Shown piece by piece: positions 51,428 through 64,000 of a stretch of 64,000 bases of DNA. Source of the DNA: Eledone cirrhosa (Eukaryota). The DNA is taken from NCBI GenBank assembly GCA_964016885.1, contig OZ024740.1:123938001-124002000 (forward strand), written 5' to 3'. Within the stretch, counting starts at the first letter, position 1. Each line of letters begins with the position of its first letter. Position numbers and translations under genes: made by a program. Under the pieces are notes generated by a model. The model searched no databases and had not been told where the DNA came from. It saw only the letters and a list, made by a program, of their open reading frames with translations.

Positions 51428-51550
51428 GAATCCATCGTAACATGGGTGGTTTGTTTTTTATGGATGTAGATGGAAAACCTAAGGGTGACTTCCTCATTAC
51501 TGTAACTATATTTTAGGAGATTCTTCAGTACAAAAAGAAACAAAACTGAC

Positions 51551-51583
51551 CCAATTTGCATCTCTTTGAACAAGGCCAATTAT
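51551..51583 (-). other. Candidate 33-nt host microexon
   Basis: Minus strand: ttactttccttgcactccctgctcag|ATAATTGGCCTTGTTCAAAGAGATGCAAATTGG|gtcagt, in unique sequence. No homology recognised. Confidence 0.3.
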
Positions 51584-51959
51584 CTGAGCAGGGAGTGCAA
51601 GGAAAGTAAGTGCAAAAATAACGAAAACATTAAAAAACAATTAAAATGAAGATAAACTATTCACAATGAAAATCCACTTGAATATAATGCACCAATTGAC
51701 TTTACTTTCGTTTGATAATAGCAAATGATTAAATAAAAAATTCAGTATGAATAAGTAGATGGATAAACAAATTATGAAACTAAAAAAAAACAAATTAACA
51801 CTTTCTAAAATAATCTGAAATATCACTATCATCATCATCTTTATCACCACCATCATCTAGAACCTTATCATCATCACAGACATTATCATTATCGGCTTCA
51901 GGATTATTATAATATCTTAGTGAAAATATGTATATTATTTATATTGTGAATGATTGTGT

Positions 51960-51961
<2 letters not shown>

Positions 51962-52009
<48 letters not shown>

Positions 52010-52325
52010 CATAATGATTTCTTTATTAACCACAAGGGTTTACATAAAGTAGACATTAAGGACAGTGCAGGACAATACAGGACGGTACAAATGGGCATTT
52101 CTGCGTGTAAAAAACAAAAACAGAGGATGTAACAAAAAAATAACAATGAAAAATTCCCCAATAGGGGGGAGACTTCGGAGGGACATTTGTGGAGAAAGCC
52201 CATTAAAAGGCCACAGTGACCCTGACCACCAAGGCAAGTGCCCTCTCCCAGTTTTCCACCTTTAATTTACAGACACATACTCAGAGTAGTCCCATTCACT
52301 CGGGCCATTCTTGATTCTCTCACCC
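51962..52325 (-). mobile_element. Short 3' copy of the Tx1/L1-type LINE
   Basis: Closely matches 52350-52670 and has its own long (ATT)n tail. Confidence 0.88.
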
Positions 52326-54381
52326 AATAATAATAGTAATAATAATAATAATAATGCTTTCTTTATTAACCACAAGGGTTTACACAAAGTAGACATTAAG
52401 GACAGTACAGGACAATACAGGACGGTACAAAAGGGAATTTCTGCGTGTAAAAAAACAAAAAAAAACGGAGGATGTAATAATAGAACAATGAAAAAATTCC
52501 CCAATAGGGGGGAGACTTCCGAGGGACATTCGTGGAGAAAGCCCATTAAAAAGCCACAGTGACCCTGACCACCAGGGCAAGTGCCTTCTCCCAGTTTTCC
52601 ACCTTTAATTTACAGGCACATACTCAGAGTAGGCCCAGTCACTCGGGCCATTCTTGCCTCTCTCACCCATCTTTCAACAAAATGCTGGGAAGAGAGCACT
52701 TCCCTCTCTACCCTGATTTTCCTTTTCAAATGAAATTTGAAAAAGTTAATCAGGGCATCACCAAAGAGGTAAGTGCTCGTCTTCAGCCCTTTCAAATGTG
52801 TCCACCATACTATCTCTTTCGCCATGGCCACCAGACAGATAAAAACTGCCTGCCCTTCCCGGCTAAAGGAAGAGGGTGGGGCAATCCTCACCATGGACTC
52901 AGCTGATAACTGGATCCATCCTACACGCAACAGCAGGTATTCAACATAAACCCACGAGTCAGCAATGCTCGGACACTGGATGAGTGCGTGCAGGACGGTT
53001 TTGTCGCCCTGCGCGCATCTCGGACATGCCTGGCTGACGGTACCTCCATGCCTGTAGAGTTTATCCCGAACTGGCAAAGCTCCTCGGTAGCACTGCCAGG
53101 CCAGGGATTTCTGGAAGTTGTCCATAGGCCGCGGCCCGAAAGTTCTTTCAAAGAGATTGGCTAGTTGATTTTCGTTGACGCCTAGAGTTTCCCCAATTAC
53201 GTCGTCACTCTTCCCCTCCACTAATCCTCTATAGAATGCCAAGGTGGATTTTCCACCCATCACATTGCCCAACTGGTCGAGGGCTGTGAGCACTTGAAAA
53301 CATTTCAGTCTCCAAGCGCTCCCTCTGGGTCTTCGCTTGACTCAGGACTGCAGCTCCGTCAAGGAGACGAGCTGGGGAAAGATGCATTTAGCAAACGGCG
53401 ACCTCACCTGATCACCGTCAAGGAAGAGGTGGAGATGTCGTAACCTGAGCGCATGTCTGTGCATCATCAGCCCCAGTATGACTAGCCCTCCACATAGCAG
53501 GTGTTGACAGCAAATGGACCGCCCAATCATCGGAGCGCATTCATTCCACAAAAAGTGAAAAGCAAACACTCCAGTGCAGTCAGGCGAGGCTTAGGACAAG
53601 GCACGATGGTCAAGCGGTAGTAGATGACGGACGCTATGTACACATTCGCCACCTTCACTCGACTTTTTAGGGATAGCTTCCTCTCTGCCCATTTCTGGGT
53701 GAGAGAAGCCACCCTGTTCATCACCTCATCCCAGTTTTTGTCCGTCTGGAGGTCCAGACCGAACCAGACCCCTAGTAATTTAACCAGTCTGTCCGTCCAG
53801 CGCCCGACGACGCTGTTGGACGGCATGGACCTGCCTCTCCAGGTGCCGAGCTGCAGACCCACTGACTTTTCCTGGTTGATCATTGCTCCTGTCACTGTTT
53901 CGTATTCTCTTAGTTTAGTGCCGATTGCCTCGATGTGTTTGGTGTTCAACACCATTACCTTGACATCGTCCGCATATGCTGACACAGATCTTCCGCATCC
54001 TAGTTCGCGCAGGACCCCCCTCAACGTCTCCAGTTAGTGCAGTAATGGCTTGAGAGTCAATACGTACAAGAGGGACGAGAGGGGACATCCTTGGCGGACC
54101 AAGCACATGTTGTTGAACGGTTCCGAAAGGTGACCGTTCACTCTCACCACAGAGCAGATGTCGCTGTGCATGGCAGAGATCCAGCCTCTGAAGACGGGCT
54201 CGAAGCCAGCCGCCCTCAGGACTGCCGCCAGATAATGATGGTCGACCCTATCGAAAGCTTTTGACTGATCTAAATTGATCAAGGACCCACCTGTGCCAGG
54301 TTCCCTAGCTACCCTCTCCACAATGTATCGCATGAGGTGGGAGTTATCGTGGATGGATCTGTCTGGAATGGCGCATTTCTG
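52326..54381 (-). mobile_element. Tx1/L1-clade LINE, 5'-truncated (RT and C-terminal CCHC knuckle)
   Basis: LDQSKAFDRVDH, VRQGCPLSSLLY, SAYADDV, KLLGVWF and CPRCAQGDKTVLHALIQC. Contains stops/frameshifts. (TTA)n tail. Confidence 0.92.
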
Positions 54382-54449
54382 CAATAATAATAATAATAAT
54401 CTTTTCTTTATTAACCACAAGGGTAGCATAATAATAACGACAATAAAGG

Positions 54450-55200
54450 CAGGGCATTGGGAAATATGCTTTCTGGCATAAAATTACAGCCCTTTACATT
54501 CTGAGTTCAAATCCTGCTAAGGTTAGCTTTGCCTTTCATCATTACAGAGTCAATAAAATAAAGCATCAATAACACACAAGGGTCAATTTGATCGACTTCC
54601 TCCTTCTTTCAAATTGCTGGCCTTGAACGAAATATAGAAACAATTATTATTATTATTAGGGTGGTGGATTGGCAGTATCGGTAGAGGGTCGGATGCCATG
54701 CTTTGATGCATAGAGTTACGGCCCTTGCCATTCTGAGTTCAAATCCCGCCGAGGTTAACTTTGCCTTTCATCCTTACGGGGTCGATAAAATAAAGTACCA
54801 GTAATACACTGGGTAATTTGCTGGCCTTGTGCCAAAAGTATAAACAATTATTATTAGGGCGGTGGATTGGCAGTATCGGTAGAGGGTCAGATGTCATGTT
54901 TTGACGTATAGAGTTACGGCCCTTGCCATTCTGAGTTCAAATCCCGCCGAGGTTAACTTTGCATTTCATCCTTACGGGGTTGATAAAATAAAGTACCAGT
55001 AATGCACTGGGTAATTGCTGGCCTTGTGCCAAAAGTAGAAACAATTATTAGGGTGGTGGATTGGCAGTATTAGTAGAGTGTCTGATAACATGCTTATGAG
55101 GTTGATAAGATAAAATGCCAGTAACACATTGGGTTCAATTTAATCAACTTTCCCCTTCCCCAAAACTTGTTGGCCTTGTGTCTAAATCAGAAAACCTCAT
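54450..55200 (+). mobile_element. Head-to-tail array of four Meta-domain-like SINEs joined by (TTA)n
   Basis: Units start at ~54450, 54658, 54857 and 55051. A further partial copy lies at 55372-55490. Confidence 0.9.
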
Positions 55201-57149
55201 TATTACTGATGTTGTCATTGTAGAAGGAAAGAAACTGGGTGAGAACACTTTTGAAGCCTATGGGGCAAAAGATTAATCTGAGGTTTTGTGTGAGGTTCTC
55301 CCTAGAATTACCCCAAAGTTTAGCCCCTTCCTTTTTTGGAGAGCTAGTCCTAGTTGACATTCATTATTGTTATGAGTTCAAATCCCGCCGAAGTTGACTT
55401 TGCCTTTCATCCTTACGGGGTCAATAAAATAAAGTACCAGTAATGCACTGGGTAATTGCTGGCCTTGTGCCTAAAGTAGAAACAATTATTGTTATCATGA
55501 ATACATTTTAAAATCTCTTGGTGATGCCCCTTTTCCTTAATGTAAACCTCACTCAGTTTTTATCCTTGTATTGTCTGTCATGTCTTGAGCCCTTGTGTCC
55601 AATAAAATAAATAGTTATTATCATTTATGCAGTTGTTATTATCCTTACTATTATTATGATATCATCATCAATATCATTAGCATTGCCATCAACATTTGAT
55701 ATATTTACACATCTCATCTCATCTAAAAATGTGTTCTCAGTGACTGGGGATTGATTATATTTATTTGAAAACAAAAACACATAGGAGATTAAATAATGGA
55801 TTGAAGAAACTAACAAAATAAAATAAAATGTAAACAAATTAATTCATATTATAAAAGCAAACAGGTTAATTGATATTGGTATTGAGATCCATTGAAACAT
55901 TTATAGAATGTTGTTGTCTGTAACATTTTTATACATTACAATACATTGAGAGAAAAGATGTTTAGCAAAAGAAATTCTAATTTACCTCCTTTCTTTATTT
56001 ATTCCCCCTCCCCCTTTTTTATCTACTTCATCCTCTGTTTGTTGATAATTTTGAATAATCGGGTTCGTGATTGCTTTCAATAGGAGAGAAGTAATTCAGT
56101 TTTGATAATTTCAAATCATTTCCATTTGTATGTAGCTTCCAATAAATCTTACTCAATTTTAGAATCCAACCCATATACATCTATAATCATCACCACCAAC
56201 ACTGCCACTAAACCACTACCACAGTAGTATGACAATGTTCCTGTGCTAGATAAATAATGGGAAAAATATTCATTTGACCAGACCACATAAGCTTGTATAA
56301 TTAGGGAATGAAAGATTGAAAATTGTAGCACTCATACTTTTTCAAATGGCATTAGGATGGAAGTAAATCGAAATGGGTCCTATACTAGATTGAAAACTTA
56401 TTAAGGGTCTCAACTTATGTAGATGTTACATCGTGCTCTAGATTGCTAGCCATGAAATGTAAAATGTTGAAAATGTTTAGGCTTTTGAAGATAAGTTGAA
56501 AGCCACTTAAAGAATGAACATATTGGAAAGAATCCAAGAATTGCACTTATTTGCTACACATTAATTTCAAGCTATTTACACATTAGTACTATACTTATGT
56601 CTATCTATTTCTTAAATGCGTTTTCAAAAATATCCATAATCATCATCATCAATATCAGTTATCAGCAGCCTCACCATCATGAGCCCAAAAGAAGTCTCTA
56701 AGCATTCACTCAGTATGCAGTTGAACCTGCCTTCAATCACATCCTACCATCTTTAAATAAAAGAAAGGTCATCGAATAATGTATTGTGTATAAAGATAAG
56801 ACAAGACACTTATGACTACTGTGGGTTTAATCATATTTACATGTATTTGATCAGATTTGATTTGCAGTTAAAACAATACTGCTGCTGCTGCTAACACTAC
56901 TACTACTACTATAGTCAATGCAAATGCCTATGACAAATAGCAACACATTTTATCTCAAATCATACCGTCACCTTAAAATAAGAAACATTCCTTTGTAAAA
57001 TTATCTTTAACCAAATTCTCTTGGGTACTCCATTACACAATTAACATACACAAAATCTATAAACTTCATGTAAGGACTGGTGGATTTTAAACATTAACCC
57101 TTTTTAAAATCATATTTCTAATGGAAGACAGTGCTTATTATTTTCAAAT

Positions 57150-57328
57150 AGGGCGGTGAATTGACAGTATCGGTAGAGGGTTGGACGCCATGTTTTCTAG
57201 CATAGTTATGTCCCTTTACAGTCTGAGTTCAAATCCTGCAGAGGTTAACTTTGCCTTTCATCCTTACGGGGTCGATAAAATAAAGTACCAGTGATGTACT
57301 GGCCTTTTGCCTAAAGTAGAAACTATTA
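57150..57328 (+). mobile_element. Meta-domain-like SINE with apparent target-site duplication
   Basis: Full head to tail. tattattttcaaatag is present on both sides. Confidence 0.88.
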
Positions 57329-57559
57329 TTTTCAAATAGTTTTTAACATAATCAAGAATTGTAAATTATTTAGTAATATATGTTGGCTGGTATTTGGAAA
57401 ATATCTTCACAATGGTTCTTACCACAGCTCCCTAACAGCTATCCTCAATGCCACTACACACCTTCGAATGCTCCTAGCTGCTTCCCTCTTGTGATGGGAA
57501 GCACTTGCAAAACAATATATGACAGTCTCTCTAGTGTTTGGTGATCTACATGATAAATG

Positions 57560-58410
57560 CACGCAGTACACACTGTAAAGTGATTAGTGACAGGTAGGAC
57601 ATCCAGCCATACAAAGCTGGCCAAACAAAAGGTTGGGAGGACCCTCAGTTGTGTCAAAGACATGACAATTTCCCCTGTGCAGTTGGAACATGAGACCATA
57701 CATATTGAGATGGCAGGTTTTGGCTCGTTTTCTACAGCTGGGTGTCCTTCCTAACACCAACCACATGTACAGTCTGTGCTAAGTTCTTTTTGTTGTGTCA
57801 CCTACGTGACCACATTTCAGTGAGGACTGGGCAGTTTTGGCATATCGCCTACATGACCACTTTATAGTGTGGACTGGGCGCTTTTGTCTTGGAACTAGGG
57901 AGGGTGGAGGAGCATGGAGAAATTGCAGACATAGGTGATAGGGGAGGGATGGTTACCGCAAAGAGGTGTATGAGAGGGGGAGAAGGTTGAGGAAGGCGTT
58001 GCCTATTAGGTATAAGACTCCGTCTGAGAATAATAGAGGGCAAATCTGTAATACTGCATAGCGCCAGAGGTCACGGTCCTATATATATATATATGTTAAA
58101 CAAAGAGTGGGGAGGAATCTTCAGTTGTGTCATGGTCATGATAGCCTCTCTAGTGGTTGGTGACAGGAAGGAAATCCAACTGTAGAAAGCTTGCAAAAAA
58201 GGGTTAGGAGGACCCTCAATTGAGTGAAAGACATGACAATCTCCCCTGTAGAGTTGGTAGAACATGAGACCATACTTGAGTGAGATGACAGGTCCCTAGT
58301 TTGTCTGGGAGATCAGTAGCCACCGCTTCAGTACTTACTTGCTCTATGTAGACATGGCCAACCCTTTCTAGCAGGGAAAGTGGATATTAGAATGATGATG
58401 ATGATGATGT
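57560..58410. repeat. Cluster of old RTE/SINE tail-derived fragments in both orientations
   Basis: 57580-57715 resembles 58150-58290. Inverted tail at 57725-57885. (GAT)n at 58393-58409. Confidence 0.6.
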
Positions 58411-59910
58411 TAACGGTATTGTAATCATTGAACTAGAAAGGAATCCAAAAGGGTTAAATGAGAATAAAATGTTTATATAGATTGATGCTATGCCAATAAG
58501 CATGTAATATTCCTACATAATATGACAGCTACTTCCAGTGTATCATTCTTTATTTCAGATGATATAATGTAAGTTAAGCAAGATGTCATTGCTATTTCTA
58601 GCATGTCAAATGAACATATAGATGCTTCACCTTTGGCATACACAAATTCAAACTATATGGAATGAAAGCAATGTAGTTTTTCTCTGGCATTATTTCAATT
58701 TGTACAATTCGAGGCCAAAATGAAATACAAAACTCCAATGAACTTAGTCTGGTACTTTGCTGTTTCTGCCTCTGCATTTGTTATTTTATTTACTATATAA
58801 AATTAATTAAAATTAATTTGAGAGTTGTACGCTAATCAGTTTGATCAAGAATCAAGTTGTCACTAATTTCAGATTAACTATTGTTTCTTCATCAATGAAA
58901 TGTCTTCCAGCAAAATCTTTGATCATCTTTAGTCTTACTATCATTGTCATTATCGTTACATCTCAGCTGATATTTTTGGTATCGTCTCAGGGCATTGTTA
59001 TCATTAATAATCATTATTATATTCAAACTGATGGTGCTTATGAAGATAATGATGACAGGTAGGAATGATAACAGTGAAAACAATGACAATGAGCATGATG
59101 ATGGCAATTGAGATATTGAGAGGTATGATAATGTTGATAATCATCACTATCATTTTAATTGATAAGCATCCTATTGATAGTCACCATCATCATCTAGTCA
59201 TTAAGCAGATATGCATTTACTCCTTTTTTATTCAATACCTTTATCCTTCACAAACCTATCCAAATTATTGTCATCCTTATTAGCACTGCTAACACCACCA
59301 CCACTAAGATCTCCTCCCATCATTTACCAATAGCGTTATTTTCAAGCATTATCACAACTGCTACCATCACCTCCTCCCCCACCACCACCACCACAACAAT
59401 CATCATCTTCTTCCAGCTACCATCTTCAGAATATTTAACACCACCACCATCAAACCATTTCTTACTTATTGATATCTCTCATTGATCTCTCCTAAATTCC
59501 CACATTGTTCATGATATTTTCTAATCAGCCACCTCTCAGTAATAAAAACCAACTTGTGGCTACTTATGTCTCTCTACTTATCCTATCATTCTGCTTCCCT
59601 TTTTCATAATCCTAATCATACTTTCTCATCTTTCAACACTTGGTGATCACTCACTTTTTCTAATAGCACAAATGCTACACAGAGTGTACATTCATCTTTA
59701 GCCTTGTAGAAGGCAGGGTAGCATCTCTAGTGTTAGAATCATGATAGTCATGTTGAAGACTCATGACATTATAAAATGCACCTAGGATATGTAGTAATGT
59801 CATTGGAGTTGGGCGGAGCATACAGTTGTATGATATGTATGGGCAAGACATGATACCCCAAATTGCCACCACAGAAGGCAAGTGGAAAATGATTACACAC
59901 ACATTCACAC

Positions 59911-60008
<98 letters not shown>

Positions 60009-60756
60009 CTATATATATATATATATTTATATATAGCTTACAATAAGATCTACTTTACTTTTTGATTAGTGTTAGGAAGGTCATCTAGCTGTAAAACAAA
60101 ATGTCTTCATTATAGAAGAATATTCACATATACACACTCACACACACAGCTGCACACATGTACACAGTAAAAGGAACTGAAGCAAGTTAGAACAGTTATG
60201 AGACAAAACAAAATAAACAATGACCTGGTCATGTAATCAAAAGAAGAAGTGACTTGTAATTGATGAAAGATAATACTGCATAACTTTGGAGGAGCAATTG
60301 ACCAAAAGAAATGGTAGTGAGTAACATTACTAAAGTATACAAGCAAACTTTATTAGCTCTAATAAACCACTAAGTTAATGTCAAGAAAAACTGAAGAAAT
60401 ATTATGGCTTACAATATAGATTATGCTGAATACGGTGTAGATGTTTTTGAAAGGTTGCCATTAAGTTTTCTACCACAGTGTTGTCATGAAGCAATGAATT
60501 ATGGAGAAAGAGTTCCGAGAATAATTACTATTTTTAAGAATCCACAGCATGTGGTAATATAGAATACAAACCTGGACAGAGTGGGAAGCAAATAATGAAA
60601 AATATAAAAAGAAAAAAATGTGAGTTACAGAAAAATTGAAAAGGGGAGCAATGCTGTAAATATAGAATTGGTCATTTTATTCAGTGAAAGCAGTGAGCAG
60701 AACTAAACTAGCTGTTTGATATATGGCTAACCAAACCTTAACTAAATAGTAATTAC

Positions 60757-60836
<80 letters not shown>

Positions 60837-61621
60837 TATATAGATATATATAGAGATATGTATATACATGCACATAAGTACATGTATGCATATACATGCA
60901 TATGTATCATGCACACACATACTTCTACATATATACACAGGTACGTTTGTGTTCATGTGTATATAAAGATGCATGTGTGTAAAGTAACCATTTATGGCAT
61001 TTCAGCAATGGAAGTGATGAGGTTGCCTTGAAAGATATTTACATGTTATATATTCACATTGACTTTGTAGCTAACCCATAGCTGTATTCATATTAAATGA
61101 ATGTTTTTGCAGAGAACTGCATATTTCAACGGAGACACAAATGTGTATACAAACACAAAACTATACATACTTCATGCTCATATATGAATGCCGATGATAA
61201 CACTAGCATGCAGTTGCTGTATCCATGTGATAGTGAGTGGATTATTGATTTTTATTTGTGAGAGAGAGGTTAAGAAATGTAAGGAAAGTGAGGACCTTCA
61301 CCTGAAAATCTTTGCTCAAAATAACTGGTCATAAAGTCAGGAGCAATATAGTCTAGCATTAACAGCAGAAAATATTTCATTTCCCATTAACAAATCAACC
61401 ATGTTCAGTCATTATCTTACAACTTATCACTTTTCCTTTATACATAATGCTATCAGTTTCTGTAATAATTTCTTCCAAGTAAAAATGCATATTATTTGCA
61501 AGCTGAAGTTGTTTCTCATAAGTTCATATCATGCTAAATATTTAAAAGTAATTCACCTCGTTGGTGGCAAGGAATAGAAGCAAATGAGAAATAATAAATT
61601 ATTGAAAATGCTTTTGGATAA

Positions 61622-62050
61622 TAATGGTTTGACATCTAGGCACAAGGCCAGCAATTTGGAAGGAGGGGAAAGTCGATGAAATTGACCCCAGTGCGGGACT
61701 GATACTTTATTTTATCAAGCTCGTGAGGATGAAAGGTAAAGCTAACCTTGATGGGATTTGAACTGAGGATGTAAAGAACAATAACAACAAAGCATTTTGT
61801 CGAACGCTCTACCAATACTGCCATAATAATAATAAGAAAATGTGATTGTAAATGATGATTTTTAATTTAGATGCAAGGTCACCAATTTGTGGGGAGGTGA
61901 AAGTCAATTAATTTTACTACAGTACATGACTGATTCTTTATTTTATCAATCCTTCCAACATTGATAAAAGAAAAGTTGACCTTGATGGGATTTAAACACA
62001 TAATGTAAAGAGCCAGAAAAGATAATGAAAAGGCATTATGTCCAAAATAG
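61622..62050 (-). mobile_element. Two older Meta-domain-like SINEs
   Basis: ggcacaaggccagcaattt...tactttattttatc...ggatgaaaggtaaag...ggatttgaact, repeated. Confidence 0.8.
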
Positions 62051-63494
62051 CATAGCTTATAAGGGTCTGATACATTTGATTATTTGCTTCTGAGAAAAAA
62101 AAATGCCAGTTAAAATTTATCCAGTGCAATTGAGAGTTAACCTTAAACTAGAATAACTAACAATCAGTCCATGATATTGGTGTCTTTAGCAAAATGCTGA
62201 TGGTTGTTGGATAATTTAAACATCATTATATTCTTATAAGACAATAATGGTCTTCCATTGAAGATACGACACTTTACATGAAATGTTTTTCTTTGTTTTT
62301 TTTTATGTATTGCTATACAATTATCAAACTTTGATAAGAATAAGACTAGCACTGTGAGAAAGCAATCATCCCTTAAACAGAGTGTACAACAATTAAACTG
62401 TTGTCTGTATTTTATTTCAAATATAATGATGAAAAGATGTGAATGGATTTAAAACAGAGTCTTACTTAATTCATGAAGAACATTGTCCCATGAATGTCAA
62501 ATTAATGAGTGTGATAAAGTTATATCATTTAAGAGTAATGAACATGATATAGCTATATCAGAAAAATGTAATGGGTATAATACAGCTAGATTCCAGATTT
62601 AAGTCTAATAAAAAATTATATGGAGAATTATTTCAAAAGGATTATCTGCAAAACCTTTTCTAATGAAGATAAAATTTAGGAAGCATTTAAAAATGGTTGG
62701 CAAAATATTTCACCTGAACAGTGCAGGAAGCTAATATATATCATGCCCAAAAGAATTACTTTATTGAAAAAAATCACTTGATGGAGCTTTCTCATATTGA
62801 TAAAACTCTACAGATTCACGTTCATATAAAACACTTTGATGTTTCTATTTGTTTCTTTTGTTTAATTTTCTTCAATAAAACAATAAATATTGATCAGGTT
62901 TATGTATTTTGTCTGGGAGTGTAGGCATCACATATCAATTAAACATAATGTGTATGATCAATGCAGATCAGTTTAAAATAATGGGTAATAACATTGGATA
63001 AGTTAAAAATAATGAGTGCATGAATACATACTAAATTATGCACTTAAAGAAAATCCCATGATGATTATAACCAATATAAAAATGAATAGCAGTATGCCTA
63101 ATAATGTGACAACATCATAAAAGCAAAATAACTGCTTACTGAAAATAAGAGAATGGATACAAGGATAAAACATTGATTATGATTTTATTAGCCAGTATTG
63201 TGTAAGAATTTGTCTATAACTGATTAAGTCAAACCTATTCATATAGCTTGTATTTATTTTTAAGACTGCAGAACAATGGAAGTTGGATTCACCTCTGGCA
63301 GGATTTCAGTTCTGAACATAGATGGAAGAGGAATAGTGCAATATATTTAGTTGTGGTACCTACTATTTCTTCCATCAGTAGAAACTATTAAAAACAAATT
63401 CATAGCGAATGAAAATATCTTACGTAATATATAAAAAAGATTTAAAAGTAAAATAAGCATGTACAAACGAAATTGTGAGGGGAGGGAAATATAT

Positions 63495-63534
<40 letters not shown>

Positions 63535-63580
63535 GTATATGTATGAATGTATATATATATGTATTATATATATATATATG

Positions 63581-63621
<41 letters not shown>

Positions 63622-64000
63622 TTGTTCAATTATGCCCAGAATTTGAGGATTTTATTTAAACCTTCTCGCTAACTACCTCATAGATTATTTTATAACCTTC
63701 TCGTTCGTTGTCTAAAATAACCTTCTCGTTTGTTTAATTATGGCCGAAATTCTAGGATTTTATAAAATATCCTCCTGCTCCCTCCTATTCTTTACCCCCC
63801 CCCCTATATATCGTATACGCGCCTGCTGGTTCTCTCTCTCAATCCCTTCCTTCTCTCTCCAAATATAAAATAAACCTGTTGCGAGGTACGAAACTCAGAA
63901 TTTGTCAATCCCTTCTTACTGGCTAGACTGCTCGCTCGCCCCTCTGTGAAATGTAATGTACAATGCCATTTTTTTCTCTTCTCTCCATCTTCCCCCGGTC

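Noticed and set aside
60404-60562. Short ORF with LPLSFLP...RIITIFKNPQHVV, faintly sulfotransferase-like
   Set aside because: Key residues (H before LP, RNPKD) are missing, it stops immediately and splice signals are weak.

Overview
AT-rich eukaryotic genomic DNA, not prokaryotic. The (TA)n/(CA)n/(ATT)n microsatellite load and the SINE types resemble octopus-like cephalopod DNA (inference only). No intact host gene is visible, and all recognisable ORFs come from transposons. Contents: RTE-clade LINEs (two long copies with an internal PHD finger), a Tx1/L1-type LINE, Penelope-like elements (PLEs) with GIY-YIG nuclease and inverted pseudo-LTRs, decayed mariner/Tc1 elements and MITEs, non-autonomous Helitrons, two tRNA-derived SINE families and a ~4.6 kb satellite of ~50/60-bp units. 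Four observations stand out. (1) At least eight hand-foldable minimal type I hammerhead ribozymes from about five unrelated repeat families, plus degenerate ones. (2) A non-coding 559-nt-period repeat at 16351-17195 carrying two hammerheads, i.e. a retrozyme/circular-RNA-type architecture. (3) The satellite has a conserved GCTA-GAAA-TAGC hairpin, higher-order repeats and a foldback junction. (4) Many long foldback structures. All folds and alignments were done by eye and coordinates of decayed elements are approximate.
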